The notes under the pieces were generated by a model. It saw only the letters and a program-made list of their open reading frames with translations, made no database searches and was not told where the DNA came from. Positions 44,419-57,560 of a DNA stretch of 64,000 bases are shown here, piece by piece. Position 1 is the first letter of the stretch; each line of letters opens with the position of its first letter. The DNA lies in assembly GCF_006345805.1 (NCBI RefSeq), contig NC_043001.1, positions 72,664,001 to 72,728,000 on the forward strand, written 5' to 3'. Origin of the DNA: Octopus sinensis (Eukaryota). Position numbers and translations under genes: made by a program.

Positions 44419-44773
44419 TATATATACGTGTGTATGTGAGTGAGTGAGTGAGTGAGTGAGTGAGTGAGTGAGTGAGAGAGTGTGAGAGTGTGTGAGTGTG
44501 TGTGTCTGTGTGTGTGTCTGTGTGTGCGTTTGTGTGTTTGTGCGCGCGCCCATATATATATAGAGAGAGAGAAAAAAGTCAACAGACGAGATCTAAAAAT
44601 GCTCAACATAGAAAACAATCAGTAATGCTCAAATTATTTGAACTTACACTCCGAAATCTTTAACGAGGACCAATTTCATGGAGTAAAGAGTGGCTATAAG
44701 AGGAATCCAGATGCGCAAATATGGAGACAATGATGCAAATAAACAAAAAATCCGTTTGGACTAGATATATAAA

Positions 44774-44813
<40 letters not shown>

Positions 44814-44890
44814 ACTTTGTACTCTGTACGAATCTACTCTGTTAATATATAAATATCTACATATTTATAATGAATGTTCATCATCTGAAT

Positions 44891-45148
44891 AGGGCCCAGT
44901 TTCCCGGTTTATGTGGCGTATGTGTTCCCCCCAGTTGGACGGGACGCCAGTCCATCGCAGCGTTTCCCAAGAAACAGGAAGAGAGAGTGAGAGAAAGTTG
45001 TGGCGAAAGAGTACAACAGGGGTCGCCACCACCCCTTTGTGGAGCTTTTAGGTGTTTTCGCTCAATAAACACACACAACGCTCGATCTGGGAATCGAAAC
45101 TGTGATTCTCCGACCGTGATTCCTAACCACTGGGCCATTGCGACTCCA
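44891..45148 (-). mobile_element. tRNA-derived SINE (family C-related subfamily)
   Basis: TGGCCCAGTGG and GTTTCGATTCC boxes; near-identical to 47469-47770. Confidence 0.85.
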
Positions 45149-46254
45149 TATGTATATGCGTATGTATATTTTATATAGCAAGCCCGAACGGATTGTTTTG
45201 TTTTTATTTGCATCATTATCAGTGTGTGTGTGCGCGTGTGTGTATATAAACATACATACATACGTTTCATTCCAGTAGTAATTATACAATTAGTTTTAAT
45301 ATTTAGTCAAGTGCCAACATATCATCACTATAAACACACCACCACTCCCCCACTACAACCGCCACCACTACTACCTCAATCATACTACTACTACTATCTC
45401 ACACCACCAACATCAACACAACTATCCCTAACGCATCACCACCATATTACCAATGCCATCATTACACCCTCGACTCCATGCTGTCCCAATAAGCCAAAAT
45501 ATGCTCTTATCTCATCGTAATGCTATCTGAATCTCGTCAGCCGGATTTGATGTTTAAACTAGGATGTACATTGTCTTACAGATATGCACCTCTCTCGTAC
45601 ATATCTTCTCTCACACATACTCTCGACATAGAGACATCTGTCTTCAAGCAAACCTCTCTTACGTATACTTGTTTTATCTCATACACATATCAAATCTAAA
45701 CACTATTTCCCTCAAACACGCTCGTGCGCACGTACACACTCATTCTCGTACAGACTCATTCTCGTACACACTCATTCTCGTACACATATAAGCACACCAC
45801 GTCTAAACTCATGTTCTCTCTAATACAAATACTTACGCCTAAAGTAAATATTAAATTGTTCTGTACCGGCTTTAGCGTTGAATATTCACGCAATTCGATC
45901 AGCTGAACTGCCTAATTATTTAATTAAAGATACGTGTGTTATTAACTTTCAAGCATAATACGTGACTAGACGGACCTTACAAACCCAGTCCATCCGATGA
46001 GCTTCTACAGTTTCCATCTGTCCAGTTTAACGGCATTGGCCATCCTGAGCTTTTTTCGTTTCAGTCACAAAACCTGAAATTTTTGGAATTATTATACGAT
46101 GTAGTTTTGTATGCTAATTACGAAAATCCCATTAATTTCTTGGAGAAATTTATACTAAAAAGAAATTACGAACCTCTAAAGATAGAAACCTTTTGTTAAT
46201 TGTAGCCCATCAGAACTCTGCATATGCGCGCCCAAACATTTCGTATTTCTTTAA

Positions 46255-46450
46255 GGGGCCAAACAAGGACAGACAAAGGGCTTAAGTCGATTACATCGGT
46301 CCCAGTGCGTAACTGGTACTTAATTTATCGACCTGAAAGGATGAAAGGCAAAGTCGACCTCGGCGGAATTTGAACTCAGAACGTAGTGGCGGACGAAATA
46401 CCGCAAAGCATTTCGCCCAGCGTGCTAACGTTTCTGCCAGCTCGCCGCCT
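46255..46450 (-). mobile_element. Family A SINE (low divergence)
   Basis: GGCGGCGAGCTGGCAGAAACGTTAGCACG... on minus strand. Confidence 0.9.
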
Positions 46451-47127
46451 TCAAACACGCCTATCTGCATCAATGCTTTATGTAATCAAAATTAAAAATA
46501 AATCGTAACAAGAAAACTATCTGAAGTCATCTGCTCGATGATCCAAAAATGCATTAAATTTGAAATGTTTTCTTGAAAAGCTGACGTAAGCAAAGAACAC
46601 TTCGTGTTGCTTACACCTGGGCTCTTGGAACAAGTGCTTATCAAAAATGCTATGCATCGGGATAGAATCTAAGTTCCTCGAGACTGTTTCCACATTAAAC
46701 ATTAAACACAGACCTAAAGTAATGTGTGTGGTCTCACACACACACACACGCACCATCATTTTCTGAGGTATACGTAGCAAAACAAAGATATTTGAGAGTT
46801 ACAGTTGTTTGCTAAGACATACATTTGCTGTGTCATATAAAAGGTCACCAGTCCCAATCTTATAAGTTGTAGTCGGTCACTTGAGATACCGAACTTTTAA
46901 ATGTCTCAGCCCATCTTCCTACATGCAGTAGCTTTAAAAATTGACGAACCTAGAGAACACTAAATAAAAATAACCCCCAAATCTCGTTTTTGTTGAGGGC
47001 ATGTCATTGATGAGGTGCCTAATGGTGACAAAAGAAATTTAATAAATCTAGATGATCGATTGATTGACCGAATGATTAATCAATCGATTAGTTAATTGGT
47101 TAAATGGTTAAACAATTCACTAATAAA

Positions 47128-47183
<56 letters not shown>

Positions 47184-47310
47184 CTTTGCTTTTCATCCTT
47201 TCGGGGTCAATAAAATAAGAACCACTTGAACACTGTAATTACTAACCTTGAGCCAAAATTTTGAACCAATATAGATGGGGATGACGACAACGACGACGAC
47301 GATGATGATG

Positions 47311-49960
47311 GTTTATTTGCCACCAGGGTGAAGGATAAGGGGACAATAGAAAGACAAACATAAAGTGTGGGTGTTTACATATAATGAAATAAAAATAATA
47401 ATACATAAATAGAAAGCATACACGATATAAAATAAAGAAAGGGGGAAGCATACATAATATCATAATATTAAAAAGAAACATCGCCCTTTTCAAGCTTAGC
47501 CAGGCTCATGGGCCCAGTTTCCCGGTTTCTGTGGTGTGTGTGTTCCCCCCAGCTGGACGGGACGCCAGTCCATCGCAGCGTTACTCAAGAAACAGGAAGA
47601 AAGAGTGAGAGAAAGTTGTAGCGAAAGAGTACAACAGGGGTCACCCCCACCCCCTGCCGGAGACTCGTAGAGCTTTTAGGTGTTTTCGCTCAATAAAGAT
47701 ACACAACACCCGGTCTGGGAATCGAAACCGCGAGTCCGCTGCCCTAACCACTGGGCCATTGTACCTCCACAATATCATAATATACAACAGTAAAAATGAA
47801 AGAAGGAAGGAAGGAAGGAAGGAAGGAATGATGATAGTGATGTGGTCCTCATGATAATTGAGGAACCCTACCGTCCAAGATATTGAACACCAAGGGTAAG
47901 TTCCCTCTCCAATTCCTCTTTCCGGCTCACAGGTATACACTTAGAGCGGTAACATCCACTCTTACCATTTTCGTAACGTTCATCCACCTTTCAATTAATT
48001 CACTTAAGGACACTATAGACTCGGCCGATAGACGGGTCCGTCACACACGCGACAGCAGCTGTTCGACATAACTCCACAAGTTAGCAATGTCCACACACCG
48101 AACGAGTGTGTGCAGAACGATTTCGTCGCTCTACGCGCACCTCGGACAATCCCGTCCGACAGTACATCCGTGCCTGTAGAGATTATCTCGAACTGGAAGC
48201 GCCCCTCGGAAATTATCTGGAAATTATCCATGATAGTCCCCGACCGGAAAGTCCTCCGGAACAGACTAACTAGTTCGTCTTCATCGACGCTCAAAGTCTC
48301 TCCGAGAACGTCGTTGTATTTCTCTGCTACTAATCCACTATTTATTGCCGAAGTGGAACTTTTACCAATCCCATTACCCGACTGGTACTGGGCTGTGAGC
48401 ACCTGACGACACTCCAGGCACCAAATGTCATGGAGACGATCTGCGGAAAGATGTGCCTCACAGATGGAACCCACATATGTTCACCGTCTAGAAATCGTTG
48501 CAAGTAACACAACCTGAACGTATGTCTGCGCATCAGAATCCACGGCATGCATAAGCCGTCATGCATAGGATGCTGGCAGCAGACTGACAGCCTGACCATT
48601 GGAATGCGCTCTTTCCATCTTAAGAAAATGAATGAGACGCTCCAGCCTGATCTAGCTGTAGCCGGAGCAGGATACGACGGTCAGGCGATAAATGATGACA
48701 GCCACCTCCACCCGACCTTTCAGAGACAGCTTCCTCTCTGCCCATTTCTGGGTAAGACTGGCCACCTTGTTCCACCACATTCCAGTTCGTCACATCGACC
48801 GAGCCAGACCTCGAGTAGCTTGACAGGTCCATCAGTCCAGCTTCCAACGTTGCCGTCCGACGGTATCGAATTTCCTCTGCAGGTGTCCAGACGCGAGCCC
48901 ACCCACTTGTTGACGTTGATTTTGGCCCCTGCGACCGACTCGTATTCCTTTAGAATAGTGCCGACCGTCTCCACTTCGGAGGCCCCCGACACCACGACGG
49001 TATCGTCATCCACGTACGTCGACACAACTCTACCTTGTCCCAGTTCGAAAGGGATGCCCCTCAATTGTTCCAACTTCTGCAACTATTGGCTCGAGAGCCA
49101 GCACGTAAGAAGAGGCTACAATGGACAACCCTGACAGACCGATCTTGCTATGCGGAATGGTTCCGACAGATGGCCGTTTACTTTGACCACCGAACAGATG
49201 CCGAAGTATGAAATTTAAGTTCTCTCCACTTGCGAGAAACACATTTCTAAACAATGGATTTTCGGTTAGAGTTAGCTTTTTCCTTCTCACTAAGGGACAT
49301 AGCATCTGGTTTTACAATATCATTTTTGTACTTGAGAGTTTTACCTTTCAGGTCTCGCACCGAATGCACGGTCCTCTGGTTAACTGCCCTCAAAAAAGAT
49401 AAAGAGTTGTGTTTTTTATGTTGTTATTGTTGCCATTGTTGTTGTTTTCCACACAGTTTTTGTTGTTATAAGTATTATTATTGATAACTGCATCCTTGTT
49501 TTCGTTATTATTGTTGTTGACGTTGTTGCTGATGGTGTTGGTGCTATTGTTGCTTCTGCTGTTTCTGTTGCTATTGATGCTGTTGTTGAACACGTTGTCG
49601 TTACTGTTCCTGCTGTTATTGTTATTGTCGTTGTCATTGTCGATGCTACAACTTGTAACTTTGTAGGTGTTGCTGTCGTCATAGCAACAAGAAATTCCAT
49701 TGCTTTATGTCGATAAATTTATTTTAACTCCAGCCATGACTATATTTGGAAACAAATCTGGGTCGACTGAATAGTGTTCACAGTCGATTTTTATTATTTT
49801 GTCGTATATTGACATTTCTTTTTTTACAAAATATACAAAATTTTTGTTTTCACACAAATATAAAATAGATATCACCGAGTTACACAGGCCCCGACAAAAG
49901 TGGGTGTAAATGAAAAGAAATGCCACCGCCGCGATCCCGACAATGTCGACAAAATAGTTA
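47311..49960 (-). mobile_element. Decayed, internally deleted L1/Tx1-clade LINE with 3' UTR
   Basis: VCQGCPL, STYVDDDTVVV, YESVAGAKIN, WTDGPVKLL; ORF1-like QRTVH and Thr-rich segment at 49205-49700; 3' end AATAAA plus (CAT)n at ~47311; 5' boundary approximate. Confidence 0.8.
47469..47770 (-). mobile_element. SINE inserted in Tx1 3' UTR, 13-bp TSD
   Basis: TSD AATATCATAATAT at 47456-47468 and 47771-47783. Confidence 0.9.
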
Positions 49961-49999
49961 TTACAAAATAATTGACTGAATGGACTTTAACCAGCCGAA

Positions 50000-50225
50000 A
50001 CTTACCAATAGTAACTGGTGCACTTGGAAGTATCACCATGGCTGAAAAAGACTGGTGCAAGTGTGATGGTAGAACACCAAAAATCAGCATTGCTTGGAAC
50101 TGCAAGAATGTTTTGCAGGGTTCTTGAAGTATGACCAGTAAATAAGTGTCACGTTAGTCTGCTGGCTGTGGACAGCTGACACTTTCTGTCATACCCAAGA
50201 AAATAAGCTGAGGTTTCATCACATA
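50000..50225 (+). mobile_element. R4/Dong 3' end fragment (same family as 8300-9320)
   Basis: AAATCAGCATTGCTTGGAACTGCAAGAAT..CTGCTGGCTGTGGACAG matches the reverse complement of ~8310-8450. Confidence 0.8.
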
Positions 50226-50226
50226 A

Positions 50227-50326
<100 letters not shown>

Positions 50327-50351
50327 AATAATAATAATATAATAATAATAA

Positions 50352-52832
50352 TACGTTCTACCAAAAACTGAAGACACGAAAAATCCAAAGAGCTACCGAC
50401 CAATAGCATGTCACAACACTATCTACAATATCCTCACATCGATCCTAACTGAAAGAATATACACTTTTCTTGAACAGAACTCTATCCTTCCACACGCTCA
50501 AAAAGGTTGTAAAAAGAATTCTTATGGGTGCAAAGGTCAATTACTCATAAATAAAATGATTGTAGAGAATTGCCAGAACAAAAGGAAGAATCTGAGTAGG
50601 CACGGATAGATTACAGGAAAGAGTTTGATAGTGTCCCACATAACTGACTACTCAGGGTCCTTGAGATGTATAAGGTCTCTCCTATCGTCTCCAAATTCTT
50701 ACAAGGTAGCATGGCCAAGTGGACTACACGTCTCCTTCTAAACTATAGTAATGGGATGAGCCAATCTAACATCATCAACATAAAACGAGGCATCTTTCAA
50801 GGTGACTCCCACTCCCTTGGCAAAAACGTTAGCACGCCGGGCGAAATGCTTGGCGGTATTTCGTCTGCGTTACGTTGTGAGTTCAAATTCCGCCGAGGTC
50901 GACTTTGCCTTTCATCCTTTCAGGGTCGATAAATTAAGTAACAGTTACGCACTGGGGTCGATGTAATCGACTTAATACCTATGTCTGTCCTTGTTTGTCC
51001 CCTCTGTGTTTAGCCCCTTGTGGGTAATAAAGAAATACCTATTACTCTTTTGCATGGCATTGATCCCACTCTCAAAAGAACTGAGTAACACCGGCCATGG
51101 ATTCGAATAATATTATAGTAAACCATCTGTTTTATATGGACGATCTGAAGCTGTTTGCTAGAAATGACGAAGAACTAGTAAGGCTGTTAATAACTGCTTA
51201 AAGAGTTCAGCAATGGCATCGGGTTGGATTTTGGCTTTGACAAGTGTGCTAAAGCAACTTTTGTAAGAGGTAAGCTCAGGCAAACAGCTTCCATTAAATT
51301 AGATGCCGACACTACCATCAGCTTGACCCACAAGAAAGCTATAAATAGCTGGTGATAAACGAAGAAGATGGTATACAACACGCTACTATGAAGGAAAAAA
51401 ATAAGAAAGGGGTTTTACAGGAGAGTATAACTCATGCTAAAAACTGAACTCAGCTCTAAAAACCGCATCGAAGCGATTAACACCCTGGCACTTCTTGTAG
51501 TCCAGTACAGTTTTAATATCATTAACTGGAATCTTACCGAGCTGCAACGCCCGGACAGGAAGACAAGAAAACTACTAACATCTAAGAACATGCACCACCC
51601 AAAAGCAGACGTTGATCGTCTGTAGCTACATAAAAGTAATGGGCGAAGAGGAATGATGCATGTAGAACTCTGCTATAAGACTGTGCTATAGCAATGAACA
51701 AGTATTTATCGAGTACAGAGGACTGAATGCTGCGGCTTATGTGCAAACACGAAAGCAGCAAAACATCACATTCTATTGTCAAGGAAGCTTGCAAATTCGC
51801 AAGGGAACTCGGCATTAACCCTGAATTAGATGAAGAAACTGAAACCACTGCCACCAAACAAGCAAAATGGATCAAACAGACTGCAAAAAAGAACGGGCAG
51901 AAACACATCTAGGAGTGGTGTAGACAGAAGCCTGTGTATGGACAGTATATACTTCGAAGCCGAAATGCTGATGTTGAGCAAGCCACAATCCATCAGTGGC
52001 TGAGAAGTTCAAAACTGGAAGCAGAGACTGACTGTTTCATATTAGCGGCACAAAAACAAAGCTTGCTTACCAAAAGCTACCAGGCTAACGTTCTTCAAAA
52101 CGTGTCTGACCCAAAATGCAGATTCTGCAATATATTTGATGAAACAATAAACCATCTCGTCATGGGGTGTCCTGTGCTGACACAAAACGAATACAAAAAT
52201 CGCCACGATAGGGTAGGACAGTATTTACATTGGAAAATATGTAAACACTACAAAATCAGCACTCCTGTTTACTGGTTATCCTAAGCCAGTCGTTAAAGGT
52301 AAAAATGTCGCTATTCTCTGCGATTTTCTAGTCAACACTGAGAGAACGATCCAAGCTAATCGACCAGACATAGTAATTAAAGAGAGAGTAGAAAATATTT
52401 GTAGACTAATAGATGAGTTCCCACTGATAAGAATATATCTGTAAAGGTATTTGACATATTAAGTAAATATAAGGACATGGAAATTGAAATACAAAAGATG
52501 TAGCATCTTAAAGCGAGAACTATTCCTGTTATTTTGGGTGCCCTAGGTATGATCAGAAAGAGATGTCAGAAACATCTAGATAGTATCCCAGGAAAACCAT
52601 GTCTCAGAGAAATCAAAAAGATTGTGCTGACAAGTACTGCCCACATCCTTAGAAAAACCCTATCAGTTTGAATGTGTGTTGTATTACATGAAGATATCCC
52701 GCTACTGCCCCTGCCACTAGCCCTCCCTTAGCATTCAGTCATACTGTATCATCTCTTATCCTTCATTCACCCTAGGACGCTGGGTGTGTCTCGGCGAATG
52801 ATTATAACAAACATGCTGATTAAAAGTAAATC
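50352..52832 (+). mobile_element. 5'-truncated R4/Dong LINE (RT, CCHC finger, RLE, 3' UTR) in (TAA)n
   Basis: YRPIAC, QKGC, RGIFQGDS, HLFYMDDLKLF, FGFDKC, CRFC..ETINHLVMGC, RHD, RPDIV, LSKYKD; TAA repeats on both flanks; interrupted by a SINE. Confidence 0.95.
50818..51037 (+). mobile_element. Family A SINE inserted in the R4 RT QGDS-S-PLLF motif
   Basis: RT frame stops at GDSHS and resumes at PLLFCMAL after the SINE tail AATAAAGAAATA. Confidence 0.92.
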
Positions 52833-52912
<80 letters not shown>

Positions 52913-53967
52913 AAGAAGAAGAAGAGAAAAGAAGAAGAAGAAGAAGAAGAAGAGAAAAAAACTAATATGTATGTTTAGTTTTGGCATGAACCCCCAAAAT
53001 AATTTACTGCGTGTTTTAGTAAATATATAGATAAATAATAAATAAACTCCTATTTACCTTCAGGATCCAAATTGCTGCTAGGGGAAGGATAAGGGTTTAG
53101 GTAAATGCTAGGGGAGGGATTACCCTAATTATACAATTTTAGATCGTATATGTAGCAGTAATGCTCAGCAGTCAGATCACTACACCTGATGTCGTGATTC
53201 GCAAGAATATTACCCACGTGATCAACAAAATCTGATCAATCACAACTTCGCGTAGAATTATTTCCAGCGACGATCTCATCTTTTGGCACGCTTCTTTCTG
53301 AGCCTAACCATCAGTAATAAATTCGGCACACCTTGACTACTTGACAGAGAGCTTGAAGAGAGCAATGACAGGCTCCGAAAAAGATGGCCAGCAGAGACAG
53401 CAGACAGCGGCTGACAACACGAAGGCAATGAACAACCGGAGGGGGAATTTCACTAGTAGACAAGCAGCTCTTTCATGCTACAACTACACCAAGAACCATA
53501 ATATTCAAAACTTTCTTGATGTTTTGTCGCTCATAATAACGAGAGTATTTGCTTCTGTTTACGGGAAGAATAAACATTTTGTTTACCAAACATCCAAATA
53601 GATTTCCGTCTTCTCCGTACAGAAATCTATTACACCCAAGTAATTGCCCATAACTAAGCCAGGCCCTTCTTTCAACTGTTTCTCTGTGTCTGGAACCATC
53701 TTACATCACGCCTCAACTTTGCCAGTAAAAACAAATGGAAGAAATCCCTAGTCTAAGCTTTTCTTTGCCTACTGGCGTTAATGAATGTTTCACATTAACC
53801 TAGTCCTTTCCTCCCTTTGCCCTCACCATCTGCATCATTATCATCCTCACCTCATCTCCTCTAGCCACGTAACAGCATCTAGTAATGCCTATTCCTCTTT
53901 AGAACTCTACCTATATATATATATATATGTGTGTGTGTATGTGTGTGTGTGTGTGTGTGTGTGTATG

Positions 53968-53999
<32 letters not shown>

Positions 54000-54085
54000 T
54001 ATTAGAGACAAAACCACTATTTTGCAAAACAAACAAGGAAAGACTTAATCAATACATAAAATTTTAATAAATAGTCAAAAAAACC

Positions 54086-54126
54086 GCCACTACAATCGTT
54101 TCTTGTCTTGATCGACAATCTTCATA
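54086..54126 (-). ncRNA. 5'-truncated hammerhead-like core in a PLE-type terminal fragment (54001-54126)
   Basis: Minus strand aTGAAGA-TTGTC-gatcaa-GACAA-GAAA-CGATTG-TA-GTGG; C3 and the 5' strand of stem I are missing. Confidence 0.45.
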
Positions 54127-54325
54127 TTTCTAGATATTTGTGTGTGCGCGCGCGCGTACGCGTGTGTATGTGTATGTGTATGTGTGTGCATGAGTAATAT
54201 TACCGGTGAGGGACCCAATTTGATGAGAAATGAAAGCTCACTAAAATCGAGATAAATAGTTAGCTATATGCACTATAAAGGAAAACAAACCTACCTGGAT
54301 TCGCCACAGGAGAGAGTGAGAGAGA

Positions 54326-54358
<33 letters not shown>

Positions 54359-54899
54359 GGGGGGGAGAAAGAGAGAGGGAGAAAGAGTGAGAAAGAGAGA
54401 ATGAGGGGAGAGGAAGAGAGAAAGAGAAAGAAAGAGAGGAAAGAGGTTTGCGTATGAAAGAGATAGACGTTTGTTTGTGGTGTGTATATGTGTAAGATAA
54501 GAATTTTGCATGTTGCATGTATATGTATAGTGTGTATGCGTGACAGAATATGTTTATGTATGAGAGAAGATATGTATTATGAGGGACCTAGATGTTGGTG
54601 CATGGAGTGTATGTATAGGATAATATATGTAAGTGTTTGAGACAGAAGTATACACATTTTCTCTGTTGGGTCCTAATGTAAATGTATTATACAACTTTTT
54701 GATGGGAAAATCTTAACCGTTTATAGTCTACTTTCATACATTTTACATTCTGTGATTTGCTTTAGTCATAAACATGAGAGGAGCTTCAGTGTAATAAATG
54801 ATAAATTAAACAGCGTTATAGAATAATAGGAGTGGTCAGTCTGATGATAGTTAAGTGTCTGCGAAAATACGATCCTCGCGTCACACGAGAAGGGAATAA

Positions 54900-55760
54900 A
54901 TGTTATAAGTTTATCCCGTAAATAGTTTATAAGTGTGTATGTATATATTTACAAGTATGCATATGGTGATTGCCACTTATTTACAGAAGAGGACCATCTC
55001 TTCAAATCGTCATCAGATCTCATGTGACTAATAGGTCTGGATCTGGTCAAACAGATCCTAATGCTGATGTTACAAACATTTTTTGGGCATAAAAGTGTCA
55101 GGCATTGCAGTCAAATCATCATTAAAGTACCCGCACAAGGAATTGTAAAGTTTACAAATGATACAAGAAGAGAGTTTGGTGGATGTTGAATCGAAATGGT
55201 CACTAATATAGACTTTAGTCTTGGTGCCAGTTAAGACCACGTTACTGAAGAGGTAGGAATAAATGTAACATACGGAAATGGAGTATTTAAAGGTTTTGAG
55301 CCGTGTATTGCAGAGGCAAAGGAGGGCTTCTATCAAACAGAAATCGCAAGGTTTTTGAAAGTATGTGGAGAATTTAGAAATGCAAGAACAAGAAGAAAGT
55401 AAGAGGAGAGGACAGTTTCGAAGGAAAGTTTACTGGAGTGGAAAGGCGGATGAGTGAAAGGTTTTTAGAAAAGTATTCCGTTTTCAGGGTGTGCGTTTCA
55501 GGTTTACAACTCGTCAGGGAATTCTGGAATGCGAAGGTTAAGGTTTTAATTATACCATAAAATAAAAGCGATCTATAAGCAGAATAAATAGTGTGTCGGA
55601 TAAAATGCTTTACGATAATTACTTCATGCGCCGGAGAAGTTGATAAAGTTTTCCGTCGCCCAATTCCTCCATGATAAGAAGCTAGTGCAACCGCTGATGC
55701 TGGGACTCTAAGAGGCATTTGAAAAACTCTCTCTTAAGGTTTTCATACGGAACGATGCCA
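54900..55760 (-). mobile_element. Highly decayed Penelope-like GIY-YIG region
   Basis: YLFSNVVLTG..VYISDHFDSTSTKLSSCIICKLYNSL resembles the PLE FTC.S.NVIYCI.C..C..LY motif. Confidence 0.5.
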
Positions 55761-56639
55761 TCTCTGTTGACCAACTTCTCCAGTATCTGTCAATGCTCTC
55801 TCTACTGCATCCCAAAGCTCTCTGTCTAGTAGTCAACGTGTGCCGAGTTTATACTGGTTGATAGGCTCAAAAGGAAGCGTGCCAAAAGAAGAAATCGTCA
55901 CTAGAGCCTTTTCATCACGTGGGCAATATTCTAGCGAATCGCGATATCGGGTAATTGCTGAATATACCCACTACATATTCTTTTACATTCTGATGTAAAA
56001 TCCCGAGGAGGCCAATTATGCATTCCATCTTTGTGGCCTCAATAAAATAAAGTGTCTTTCAAGGACTAGAGATTACCTTATCAACTTTACGTCTCTCTCT
56101 CTCTTCCTCCTCTCTCCCTCTCTCTCTCTCAAATCCAAGGGCTTGTGTCTAAGTAAGAATACGATATTGGAATTGGTCAAGTGTTGAGTTGTTGAGTTTC
56201 ACAAAAATCTTAAGAACTATTTGAAAGGTTGTCATAGTTATTACGAGCGTTCTTATTGGTGGGTCTTGAAGTATTATTGGCAATGGACGAAAGGGGTGTG
56301 AAAAACGGTCACAGAAACCTGCATAACCAAGGTTAACTAACCAAATGACGTTTTCTTTATAGTAACTATAAGCGTGTAAGTATCTGTACTTTTTTGGTAC
56401 TTTTTGCGTGTGTATGAGCGTGCATACATGTGTTAGTAGATGTAACATAGACCGTTTTAGAATTTGAAAATGTATTTATTATTTATACGAAGAAACAGAT
56501 ATGATCCAGTGAATAATGTTTAAAAGGTTTATAAATATCACAAAAAAGTGAGACTATAATGAGATATTACGTTTATATTGAGCAAATAGACATTATGGAG
56601 TAGATACATGAAGCATATTATAGATATGGATTGGCGCAT

Positions 56640-57560
56640 TTAATTTCTTTGACTTCATATGGAGCATAGGGCTCCAACAAAAGATTTCCATCTGTCTAGA
56701 TCATGGTAATGGGTCGCAGTTGTGCCTTGGTGTAACAGCTAGCCTCTACTTCTGGTTCAGTGAACCTTCAGCATGTTGTTTTTAGTCTGCAACATTTCTG
56801 TCTCCCTTGGAGTGCCCATCGGAGGGCTTGCCTTGTAATGTTGAAAACAAGCTTCCATAGGTTGCGTTCCAGCCAACTCCATTTTCTTCTCTAGATCTGG
56901 GTTTCGATGGGTTGCTGGTTCTTCTGTTTCCCCATAAGTCTTTATTTGTGGGTCTGTCTTGCCATCTCAACCAAAGGATGTTGCGGAAACATCTATGCAT
57001 AAAAGTTTGGAACTTGTCAATGGAGGACTTTGTGACTCAATATATTTCACACATGTACAGCAGAACCATCTTCAGGTTCGTGTTAAAGATTCCGAGTTTT
57101 GTATTTGTTGACAAAGTCAGTGATCTTCAGATAGGTCTGAACTTCCTGAAGGCAGCTGCAGCTCCCCACCTCGACTCTTGATTTTATGTCCTGAGCTGTT
57201 CTGCTCTTCTTATTGGCTACTCTTCCCAGGTATGTGAAATGACTGACATCTTCATTTCTCTCTCTTCTGACTGAAGCTTGTATCGTTGGCCGCATGCGCT
57301 CCCATGCTTTCCGCCTTTCCGATGCTGATCTTAAAGCTAGCTTTCATGACTGCTACGCACATTTCTGTGACGTTTTCCTCCATGGCAATATGGCGTTGAG
57401 AGATCCAATCTTTGCAGTGTTTAGTTCTCTTCCTCCAAATTTCTTCACTGTTATTTTTTCCATATTGTTTTCATTTCCAACCTTGTCTGCTCTACTGATG
57501 CATCTTCTTCAATAAGAATGCTGAGGGCCTGGAATCTGTTGGTGACATGAAATCTGGCTT
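56640..57560 (-). mobile_element. Decayed RTE-clade LINE fragment
   Basis: DVSHFTYLG..DIKSRV and HRCFRNILWLRWQDRPTNKDLW. Confidence 0.75.

Noticed and set aside
46060-47040. Possible DNA-transposon fragments
   Set aside because: No paired TIRs or transposase motif could be identified
53341-53601. Possible gag zinc-knuckle relic (SCYNYTKNH)
   Set aside because: CCHC incomplete; no LTR, protease or RT seen nearby
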